Assembly: GCA_043228905.1 (NCBI GenBank)
Contig: JBHGNT010000224.1
Span: 1 to 49,672, forward strand
Length of the DNA: 49,672 bases
Reading direction: 5' to 3'
DNA from: Azolla caroliniana
Taxonomy: Eukaryota > Plantae > Polypodiophyta
Part shown: positions 10,104-21,000 of the stretch, one piece after another
Layout: each line of letters opens with the position of its first letter
Position numbering within the stretch: the stretch's first letter is position 1
Notes under the pieces: generated by a model
The model's input: only the letters and a program-made list of their open reading frames with translations
What the model was told of the DNA's origin: nothing
Databases searched by the model: none
Made by a program: the position numbers and the translations under genes

Positions 10104-11408
10104 TTGTTGCACTCTCTATTGGCAATATAATTAGACACAAAGACAATCGTTTGAAAGCCATATGGGTAGAGGTTCGTAATGAGTTATAGCAAGTTTAATT
10201 TGGTGATCTGCTTTAGAGGTTGCAATAGAAATTAAGATATATGCATAGATATACTCAACACTCATGTTTGGTCTTCCTATTGTCTTTTTAATGTTGGATA
10301 TCTGTTTGTGGTGGGGTGAGGAAACACGAATTGAGATGAGAGCCTACAAAAAAAGCATTTGGGAGGTATGAATGAAAATGTGAGGGGTGAGAAGAAGAAT
10401 TTTGGTGAGGGCCTCGAGAAAGGGCCCCGGGTTGGATATCATCATAAACTTGTTGCAAAAAGAAAATGTTGAAAAAGAGATAGATGTAGCTCAGTTGGTA
10501 AGGTTGTCTAATGGAGACAACGTGGTCATGGGTTTAACCCCTACATTCCACAATGACATCTCGTGAAATAGAGATATATATGAAGTATATAATAGAGAGG
10601 TGAGGAAATTGGGTTTCAAACCCAAGACGAAGTGCTTTGTACACAATAAAAGAGAGGATGAAGAAGAAGAGAGAGATGTTTTTGTTGTTGCACTTTTTAT
10701 CAGCCATAGAATTCGTCACAAAGACAATTGTTGGAAAACCCTCGGTTAGGAGTTCTTAGCGAAAAATAGCAACATTAATTTGGTGATCTTCCTATTTTCA
10801 TCTTAATGTTGGATATCTATTATGGTGGGGGAAGGGAGGAATAGAAGAATTTAGGTGAGGGCCGTCAAAAAAGGGGCGGGATGTTATGGTAAGCTACCTT
10901 AATGAAGTATCAATTTTAAATCAAACAAAGAGAGTGAGAGGGGTGAGGGGGAAGAAGAAAGATATTTTGTGTTTGTTGTTGCACTCTCTATAAGCATCAG
11001 AATTCAGCACAAAGAAGAATAGAGGGCCTACAAAGAAGAATTTAGCGGGTGACAAGGCACATGCATGAGGAAGAAAGCCCTCGGGTAGAGGTTCGTAATG
11101 ACTTATAACAAGTTTAACTTGGTGATCTACACTAGAAGGTGCGATAGAAATTAAGAATAAACATAGACATACCCAACATTCATTTGTGATCTTCCTATTG
11201 TCTTTTTAATGTTGGATATTTATTATGGCGGGGAAAGGGAGCAAGAATAGTGGGCCTACAAAAAAGCATTTTGGGGTTGAAAAAGAAAATGCAGGGGAAG
11301 GGTAGAAGAATTTAGGTGAGGGTCTACAAAAAGCGGGTGGGATGTTATAGTAAGTTTGTTGCACAAGAGAATTTTTTTCTCCTCAATTATGTATCAATTT
11401 TAAATCAG
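10104..11408. repeat. Degenerate triplication of a ~250-430 bp module
   Basis: TTGTTGCACT...CACAAAGA at ~10104, ~10685 and ~10976; TTGGTGATCT, TAATGTTGGATAT and AGAAGAATTT.GGTGAGGG each occur three times. Confidence 0.8.
10480..10550 (+). other. tRNA-derived remnant (pseudo-tRNA or SINE head)
   Basis: A box TAGCTCAGTTGG (10487), hairpin GTTGTCT-AATGG-AGACAAC, degenerate B box GTTTAACCC (10532) at tRNA spacing; no good acceptor stem. Confidence 0.55.
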
Positions 11409-13780
11409 ACATGTACTCTCTTACCTTTCGGCAGCTCTACCAGGTCGTAGGTGTAATTCTCGTGCAAGGATTCCATCTCATCTTGCATCGCGCTCAGCCA
11501 TTTCTCTCTGTGCTCGTCGGCAATGGCTTCTTCATAGCATTCCGGTTCACCTTCATCAGTCAAGAGGATGTGTTGACTAGCATATGTTGTCGGTGCTTTC
11601 CTTTCTCTGAGTGGGTATCTCCTTCCACTCGTTGTTGGCTCTCTTTCGGATGTCTTTCCCAACTCTTCTCTCTGCTCGGGTTCCTGCACGTCAATCGGCA
11701 TCTCCAGGTTGGACGACTCCAACTCATACTCTTCAATTGACCTTAGCAACTTTGTTGACTCTGACTCATAGTCGGTCGATCTCTCCAAGTTGACTGACTT
11801 GGATTCGGATGTGCCGATTGACCGTCTCCGAACAGCCGACGTTGTCGGTTCACTTGACCTTAGATTGACGGTAGTTGGGGTTGATTGGGGAGTCGTATCC
11901 AACTTCTATTGCTTCCAGTCTTCAATCGTCTTATCTTCAAGAAAGACTACGTCCCGACTTCTCACTACCTTCTTGTCGACTAGGTCCCATAGCCTATAGC
12001 CAAACTCATCTTCCGAGTATTCCACGAATATGCATGCTTTCGACATTGTTGAGCTTTGACCTCTGATCCTTCGGTACATGCATGTACCCCAATCATCCGA
12101 ACACCCTCAGGTGTTGGTAGGAGACATCCTTCCCTATCTACACTCTTTGTGGGACATCACCCTTTAATGGTACTGAGGGAGACCTGTTGATCAGATAAAC
12201 AGATGTGTACATCGCCTCAGCCCAATAGGATTTCAACAGTTTCGCATGATAGAGCATGCTCCTTACCCTCTCCATGATTGTTCGATTCATCCTCTCTACA
12301 AGCCTATTCAACTCTGGGGTCTTTGGCACTGTGTATTCGATCCAAATACCTTGGCACTTGCAGTATTCCTCGAATTGCTCTTTATACTCGCCACCGTTGT
12401 CGGTTCGAACAACCTTCAACTTCTGACCCGACTCTCATTCAACTCTAGCCTGGAACTCCTTGATAACGGACAATACTTGATCCTTCGACTTCAGTACGAA
12501 GGCCCATGTCTTCCGACTATAGTCGTCGATGAACGTCACAAAGTACTGTCCACCTTGATGCGATGGAGCATCTACATAACACACATCTGTGTGTACCAGT
12601 TCCAGTGCAGCTTCTCTTCTTCTTGGTGGTCTTGTGTGGAATGTTGATTTGTTCTGCTTTCCGACTAAGCAGTCGACACACTTCTCCAGGTGCACTCTCT
12701 TGACTTCTGGTAGAAGCGTTTGGTCGGCTAGCAGGTGCATTCCTTTCTCACTCATGTGGCCTAGCCTCTTATGCCATATCTCTCCTGTTGTGTCAGCTAC
12801 CACATTTACTTCCGATTTGCATAGTCGGGCATGCATCATATATAATGTGCCTTCTTTCTGTGCTCCGGCCTCTATAAGATTTCCTAGGCAGAACTTCCAC
12901 CTACCATTCCGAAAGCTACCACTATAGCCTTCGTCATCTAACCTTCCAGTCGGTATCAGATTCAATTTGATATTGGGGACGTGTTGAACATCCTTCAGAG
13001 TCAATCGGCACCCTGTTGACGTCGTCAAGCAGACACTTCCGACTCCGGCTATCTTGCACTCTCCACTATCACCCATTTTCACATAACCGTGATCTCCGAC
13101 TATGTAAGTCGAGAAATACTCTCTCGACGGAGTTATGTGGAACGATGCCCCGGAATCGATCACCCAAGTGCATCCTTCACTTGCAAGATTTGCACTTGTC
13201 TGTTCACAGATGAACAACACTTCTTCATTGCTCGTAGCAATGGCAGAAGTGTTCTTCTCATCAGGAGTCTTCCTGGGTTCGACATTGTTTCCGACACCCT
13301 TGTCTTTTCTCATGTGTCGGTAGTCTTTTTGGAAGTGTCCAGGTTTACCACAGTAAAAGCACACTAGCATACCTCTAGACTTTGATCTGGCTTGGGACTT
13401 TTCTCTCCTTGGTGGACTTCTTTGCCGGTTCCTCTGTTCGAATGTTGTGTTACATTCGACTCCGACTGGGACATGACTCCCTTGTCCTTCCTCCTTGCCT
13501 CCTCATTTAGGATGCTTGTCTTTACAAACCGTAAAGACAAGTTCTCTTCTTGACAAGAGGTGCTGAGAGTAACCACTAGGTTCTCCCAGCTATTCGGCAG
13601 TGTGCACATCAGTAGAATGGCCTGCATTGCATCATCTAGGGGAAACTTGGTTGCAAAAAGTTGATTCACATACCCCATGAATGTGTTGATGTGTTCGATG
13701 ATGCTCTCATCGTCTCTGTATTTCAGCTGTACGATCTTTCTCATCAATGAGGTTTTATTGAGCGCGTTCTTCCTCTCATA
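11409..13780 (-). mobile_element. Tork/Tnt1-like Ty1/copia internal fragment: gag, zinc knuckle, protease, integrase, start of RT; degraded, no LTRs
   Basis: gag LPNSWENLVVTL; CFYCGKPGHFQKDY (last Cys lost); WVIDSGASFH; IWHKRLGHMS; LVHTDVC, FIDDYSRK, RTDNGGEY; GEPECYEEA..W..AMQDEMESL. Several stops and frameshifts. Confidence 0.95.
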
Positions 13781-13810
13781 TACGCACTCATATACGCACT
13801 CATATACGCA
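13775..13810. repeat. 3 x 12-bp CTCATATACGCA at the copia truncation point
   Basis: Direct reading; it produces YECVYECVYE in the ORF track. Confidence 0.9.
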
Positions 13811-14265
13811 CGCAACAACTTTAGCAAGGTGAAGGAATGTAAACACATAATGAATCAAAAGCATGAAATAGAATTGATGTAAGTTTCTTACTAACCTTGA
13901 CTTTAAGGTGATGTGGTCCAACTTCCTGGCATGCATAATTTATCCTTAGCCTTTAAATTTTCACATGTAATTCTTTCATTTCTTTGGTTTCTATTAAAAA
14001 ACCTCACATTAATATCATAAGGATGGATTTTTTTAAGTTACTGGTTCTGTTTCATGAAATTTCTTGTTTTTGCATCAAAGGAAAATTATGTATTTTCCAT
14101 TAGTGTTGCAGTGAAGGTTTCCCATTATGTTTCCCACTATGCACAAACATGTCTTGTAGTTTGGAAGCTTCTAAATAACAATATGTTTGTGTGTATTATT
14201 GTACACACATTTTATCCTTGAAAATGGTCACTGATGCTATTTTGTTGCATCATTAAAGGAAGCAG

Positions 14266-15174
14266 GTTGGAAGACGCTGGCTATGGTGTATGTCTCAGAA
14301 TGCTCGAGCTACTTAGTCATCGAGAAAAGGTGATCTATGTCTCATTGTTTAACCTCGTTCTTCGTATCACTGAAATAACGTGCAAGCTAAAACGAGGAAA
14401 TAAGATTGTTGGGAATCCTCTCTTTTGTACACAACACAGTTTGGAGATCCCTTTTTGGAAAGGTATCTATTTACGACTAGGTGATTTTCATCTTTCTTTT
14501 GAAGGTTGCATTATCTAATATTTGTGGGAAAAAGGTTGCAGATTCTTTGGAGCAGGGAACAGAAAATGAAGGTGAATACATGATCAGTGAGAGAGAGCTC
14601 CTTGTGAATAGGTATCTCAGGATGATTCCACATACATTAAACTCATTTTATCTTAGTTGATTGCAATTGCATTATTTTTCTTCAAAACTTCTAGTTGGCC
14701 TATGAAGCATGATGATAGCTTCCCTCCCTGTCTTTTTCTTTTTAACAGATATTCTCAAATATATATCGACCTACAATGATTGCATTTGCAACCTTTTCCT
14801 TCACTAATGGCATTCTTGTACACATATTGACTTGTTAAAACCATACTTGTATTGCTTCTTTCATGATGGCAGTGTTGAAAGCATTGGTTTGATCAACAGT
14901 ACCAGTATTGAAACACATGCTAACCTTTGATGATTGCACTTGCCCTTTTTCTCATTGTCTTCAGTACTGATGTATTAATATAGATTTGACTCCTGTTGAT
15001 GGTTGCATTTGCCTGATTTTCTTCCTCAACAGCACTAAAATAATATGTTTGTTGTATGTTGGTGTCATTTGATTGGTCTTTCCATACGATAGCTTGTAGT
15101 AATGAATGAAGTATTGATAGTATTCTATTGCAGGTTTATTTGTGCCGAAGGATATGGGTGTTTTCAACTGTGGT
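14266..15174 (+). pseudogene. TRS31: TRAPP complex subunit 5 (TRAPPC5/TRS31) unprocessed pseudogene fragment, 4 exons
   Basis: Exons 14266-14329 RLEDAGYGVCLRMLELLSHREK; ~14387-14462 EIRLLGILSFVHNTVWRSLFGK; 14535-14611 VADSLEQGTENEGEYMISERELLVNR; 15134-15174 FI-VPKDMGVFNCG. GT-AG introns; frameshifts in exons 2 and 4; both termini missing. Confidence 0.92.
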
Positions 15175-15751
15175 GTTTATTCTTTTGGAGCGTAAGCTAT
15201 TCAAGCCTCTTCTGAAACAACTTAAAACAACTTGAATTGTTGTTTCAAGCCATTTCTGAAACAACCTAAAACAACTTGAATTGCTTTAAGATGACGGTCT
15301 CAAACCGTATGGATCCAATCTAAACCTAACTGAAGTGACCTCCTAGAATCGTCTAAACCAAACCCTGAATTAAACCGAATTGAGCCATGAAATCATCTGA
15401 ACTAGGCCCGAGTTGAATCGAATCAAACTTTTAATTCGAACAAGGCCTAAATTGACCCGAATCGAACCGAAGAAAAACTCGCAATAAACAAACTACGAAG
15501 CTGTGATTTCCGGTGCGGCTTTAGATGGCACCAAATCATCGCTGATTCTGATCAAGAAAAAAGATTGAAGCAAATGCCAACATTTGTACAATTGTAGGGT
15601 CTTTTTTTAAGCTTGTGTTTAGGTCAAATGAGAGGAAAAGATTGTATAAAACACAAAGATCAAGTAAACACTAGAACCAGAGCTCCTTTGGACATGGGCT
15701 TGAAACTGCACAGACCCAGCTCCCCAGAGTGACAGATCCATCCAATCCGCC

Positions 15752-15900
15752 ATGGCTTCTTAACCCTTGGCTTCTCCACACTGTCCTCCAAGCCCATCAT
15801 CACGTTTGTCATAGGCAATGCCGAGAAGTTGGAAGAGGTGAAGATGATCCTGGGAGACTCTGTCCCCTTCTAATCTCCTTCCAATCTATCAGGATTGACT
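15752..15900 (+). pseudogene. ITPA: Inosine triphosphate pyrophosphatase (ITPA/HAM1) exon 1 pseudogene
   Basis: KPIITFVIGNAEKLEEVKMILGDSVPF..FQSIRID followed by a GTAAGT donor at 15901. ATG GCT TCT TAA early stop, a frameshift, and an 11-bp duplication CCTTCTAATCT/CCTTCCAATCT. Confidence 0.88.
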
Positions 15901-15935
15901 GTAAGTAGATCGTGTGAAAAGAGATAATTTTGCTC

Positions 15936-15938
<3 letters not shown>

Positions 15939-15970
<32 letters not shown>
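15939..15970. repeat. (TC)16 microsatellite in the remnant ITPA intron 1
   Basis: Direct reading. Confidence 0.95.
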
Positions 15971-15974
<4 letters not shown>

Positions 15975-16035
15975 TTTGTGTTGTAGTTTGCAGAGTTACA
16001 TCCCATTTCAACATCCTTCTTTTGTGTTGTAGTTC

Positions 16036-18050
16036 GTAATTTCGAAACTCAGGGCGAGAGACATGAAGAAAAAAGTAATGTTGAGGAGGGCATAGATAAG
16101 AGCGCGTGAGTAAATGAAAATGTTTTTACTTGGCTCGTGTGATATCAGAATTTTGTGTTGAAACATTCGAATCGAAGTTAATGAAGCTAGCTACGATTTG
16201 GAATTGAAAAATCGTGATTTTGAAATTCAGGGCGAGAGACATGAAGAAAAAAGTAAAGTTGAGGAGGGCGTAGTCACGAGCGCAAGAGTAAAGGAAAATG
16301 TTCATACCTGGCTCGTGTGATATCGGAAGTTTGTGTTCGAACATACGAATCAAAGCTAACGAAGCTAGCTATGATATAGGATAGACTAATCATGATTTTA
16401 AAATTCATGCCAAGAGACATGAAGACAAAAGTAATGTTGAGGAGGGCGTAGTCAAAAGCTCGTGAGTAAATGAAAATGTTCATACTTGGCTTGTGTGATA
16501 ACGGATTTTTGTGTTCAAACATACGAATCGAAGCTAACGAAGCTAGCTATGATATAGGATAGACTAATCATGATTTTAAAACTCAAGGCGAGAGACATGA
16601 AGAAAAACGTAAAATTGAGGAGGGCGTAGTCAAGAGCGCGTGAGTAAATGAAAATGTTCATACCTGGCTCGTGTGATAACGGATTCAAGTGTTCTAACAT
16701 ACGAATCGAAGCAAACAAAGCTAGTTCTGATATACGATTGAAAAATTGTGATTTTGAAATTCAGGGCGAGAGACATGAAGAAAAACGTAAAGTTGAGGAG
16801 GGCGTAGTCAAGAGCGTGTGCGTAAATGAAAACATTCATACCTGGCTCATGTGATAACAGATTTTTGTGTTCAAACATGAAAATTGAAGCTAACGAAGCT
16901 AGTTCTGATTTACGATTGAAAAATTGTGATTTTGAAATTCAGGGCGAGAGACATGAAGAAAAACGTAAAGTTGAGGAGGGCGTAGTCAAGAGCGCGTGAG
17001 TAAATGAAAACATTCATACCTGGCTCATGTGATAACAGATTTTTGTGTTCAAACATGCGAATTGAAGCTAATGAAGCTAGCTCAGATATATGATTGAAAA
17101 ATTATGATTTTGAAACTCAGGTCGAGAGACATGAAAAAAAAAGTAAAGTTGAGGAGGGCGTAGATAAAAGTGCCTGAGTAAATTAAAATGTTCATACCTG
17201 GCTCCTGTGATATCAGAATGTTGTGTTGAAACATGTGAATAGGAGCTAACAAAGCTAGCTATGATATGGAATTAAAAAATCGGGATTTTGAAATTCAAGG
17301 CAAGAGACATGAAGAGAAAAGTAAATTTGAGGAGGGCGTAGTCAAGAGCGCGAGAGTAAATGAAAATGTTCATACCTGGCTCGTGTGATATCGGATGTTT
17401 GTGTCTAAACATGTGAATTGTAGCTAACGAAGCTAGCACTAATATAGGATTGAAAAATCATGATTTTGAAACTCAGATCGAGAGACATGAAGAATGAGGC
17501 AATGTTGACGAGGGCGTGGACAACAACGCGTGAGTAAATGAGAATTTTCATACCTCGCTCGTGTGATATATGATTGAAAATGTGCATTCCTGGCTCGTGT
17601 GATAACGGATATTTATGTTCAAACACGAGAATCGAAGCTAACGAAGCTAGCTATGATATACAATAGACTAATCATGATTTTAAAATCAGGCCGAGAGACA
17701 TGAAGAAAAAAGTAAATTTGAGGAGGGCGTAGTCAATAGTGTGTGAATAAATGAAAATGTTCATACCTACCTCATGTGATAACGGAATTTTGTGTTCAAA
17801 CATGCGAATTGAAGATAACGAAGCTAGCTCTGATATAGGATTGAAAAATCATGATTTTGAAACTCAGTTCGAGAAACATGAAGAAAAAGGCAAAGTTGAG
17901 GAGGGCGTAGACCAGAGCGCGTGAGTAAATGAAAATGATTATACTTGGCTCGTGTGATTTGGGATATTTGTGTTCAAACATGCGAATCGAAGCTAGCTCT
18001 AATATATGATTGAAAAATCATGATTTGGAAACTCAGGTCGAGAGACATGA
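16036..18050. repeat. Satellite subfamily A (edge domain, ~11 monomers)
   Basis: Diagnostic GAGGAGGGCGTAGTCAAGAGCGCGTGAGTAAATG and ACGAAGCTAGCT. Confidence 0.85.
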
Positions 18051-21000
18051 ATGAAAAAGCAAATTCGAGGAAGGCGTAGACAAGAGCTCCTCAATGAATG
18101 AAAATGTTCATACATTGCTCGTGTGATATCGGATTTTGGTGTTTAATCTTGCGAATCGAATCTAACGAATCTAGCTATGATATGGAATTTAAAAATCAAG
18201 ATTTCGAAACTCAGGTCGAGACATATGAAGAAAAAAGCAAATTTGAGGGAGGCGTAGACAAGAGCTCCTCAATGAATGAAAATGTTCATAGATGGCTCAT
18301 GTTTAAACTTGCGAATCGAAGGTAACTAAGTAGTCTATAATACAGAATTGAAAAATCAAGATTTTGAAACTCAGGTCGAGAGACATGAAGATAAAAGAAA
18401 ATTTGAGGAAGGCGTAGACAAGAGCTCCTCAATGAATGAAAATGTTCATAGATGGTTCCTGTGATATCGGATTTTGGTGTTTAATCTTGCGAATAGAAGC
18501 TAACGAATCTAGCTATGATATGGAATTGAAAAATGGAGATTTTTGGAAGAAGTAAACAAGAGCTCCTCAATGAATGAAAATGTTCATAGATGGCTCATGT
18601 GAAATCGGATTTTGGGGTTTAAACTTGCGAATCGAAGGTAACTAAGTAGTCTATAATATAGAATTGAAAAATCAAGATTTTGAAACTCAGGTCGAGAGAC
18701 ATGAAGATAAAAGAAAATTTGAGGAAGGCGTAGACAAGAGCTCCTCAATGAATGAAAATGTTCATAGATGGCTCGTGTGATATCGGATTTTGGTGTTTAA
18801 TCTTGCGAATCAAAGCTAACGAATCTAGCTATAATATGGAATTGAAAAATCGAGATATTGAAACTAAGGTCGAGGGACATGAATGAAAAACAAAATTTGA
18901 GGAAGAAGTAAAGAAGAGCTCCTCAATGAATGAAAATGTTCGTAGATGGCTCGTGTGAAATCGGCTTTTGGTGTCTAAATTTTCGAATCGAAGCTCACGA
19001 ATCTAGCTATGATATGGAATTGAAAAATCGAGATATTGAAACTAAGGTCGAGGGACATGAATGAAAAAGAAAATTTGAGGAAGAAGTAAACAAGAGCTCC
19101 TAAATGAATGAAAATGTTCATAGATGGCTCGTGTGAAATCGGATTTTGGGGTTTAAACTTGCGAATCGAAGCTAACGCTGTCGTGAAGTACGAAAGCTTC
19201 ACATTAAAAGTCTACAATAAGATAAATACGTAACTAAAATAACATTTGATAATGTTTTATATATAAAGATAATATTAACAACACATATGATAATATTATA
19301 TATATATATAAAGAAAAATAATATATATATAGATAAATATATTATATTACACGAACAAGAGAGGACTTGAACCAATAACCCCACCCTATGACTCTCAAAT
19401 CTTACCATTTACTCTATACTAGTAATATACATAAAATAAAGCATACTTTATATATACGTTATATTACATAAAGGATTTGCTTCATGATATAAAAATAAAG
19501 TTGTATGTTGTATTTTGAGACTCGAACCCACAACCTCATACACCAAAGTTAACACACCTACAATTAGGCTAGGCCCTTTCTCTTTAAGATTATGTTTTTA
19601 TGTTTATTGTTATTGCATATATTGTTTCATACATAAAAGCTCAAATGAGCGAGGTGTTTATCATGCATCACATGTAATGCATGAACGCCAAATGGCGATC
19701 ATGCATCACATGCATTTCATGCACTACATGCATGATTTGTACCCTCCAATGCATCATATGCATGGGGGCACCTATTTAAATGGTGAAAGAGAAGATCAAA
19801 GGGGGGAGATATGTATGAGATATCAATCAAATTATGTATTACATAAGAGAAAGGTGGAGCTCTAGCTTGGCGGTCGTGGTGGTCAACTCTCAACAAGAGG
19901 GAGGCGGTTCGAGCCTTATCTTCATCAAAATATTGAAGTGAAGATTGTAGTGGTCTACGATCAAGAAAGAGAAGAGCGATTACCTTGCAAGACAAAGTTC
20001 GGAGGTTCAACGACGTGAACAACCACTTTTGTAACTCTTTCATCAAATAATTATAAATCTCTTTTATTGCTTCAAATATCATTCTATATCCTATCTTGTC
20101 ATATCTTGTTGATCACTATTTATCTATCTCTACTCTTTCGTCTCTTCCGTCCATAATCCCTGTGATTCCTTCCTCACTTTCACGATATCTTTTGTCTACG
20201 CAACGCTACTCTTCTAGGCGAGCCACGCCACGACAACACAGTAGTCTATAATATAGAATTGTTAAATCAAGATTGAAACTCATGTCAAGAGACAAAATGA
20301 AAAAGCAAATTTGAGGAAGGTGTAGACAACAACTCCTCAATGAATGAAAATGTTCATACATTGCTCGTGTGATATCGGATTTTGGTGTTTAATCTTGCAA
20401 ATCGAATCTAACGAATGTAGCTATGATATGGAATTGGAAAATCAAGATTTTGAAACTCAGGTCGAGAGACATCAATGAAAAAGAAAATTTTCAGAAGGCG
20501 TAGACAAAAGCATCTCAATAAATGAAAATGTTCATAGATGGCTCGTGTGATATCGGATTTTGGCGTTTAAACTTGCGAACGAAGCTCACGAATCTAGCTA
20601 GGATATGTAATTGGAAAATCAAGATATTGAAACTAAGGTCGAGGGACATGAATGAAAAAGAAAATTTGAGGAAGAAGTAAACAAGAGCTCCTCAATGAAT
20701 GAAATTGACAAATCAAGATTTTGAAACTCAGGTCGGGAGACATGAAGAGCAAAGAAAATTTGAGAAAGGCGTAGACAAGAGCTCCTCAATGAATTAAAAT
20801 GTTCATAGATGGCTCGTGTGATATCGGATTTTGGGGTTTAAGCATGCGAATCGAAGCTAACGAATCTAGCTATGATATGGAATTGATAAATCCAGATTTT
20901 GAAACTCAGGTCGAGAGATATGAAGACAAAAGCAAATTTGAGGAAGACGTAGACAAGAGCTCCTCAATGAATGAAAGTGTTCATAGATGGTTCGTGTGAT

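Noticed and set aside
10480-10550. Functional tRNA gene
   Set aside because: The acceptor stem is missing and the B box is mutated; kept only as a tRNA-derived remnant.
13781-13936. N-terminal extension of the gag ORF 13364-13936
   Set aside because: Read-through into non-TE flank past the 12-bp triplication junction.
15200-15480. MITE-like AAACCG/AATCGA-rich segment with a ~43-bp duplication
   Set aside because: Probably half of a DNA transposon, but no TIR pair or TSD could be defined.
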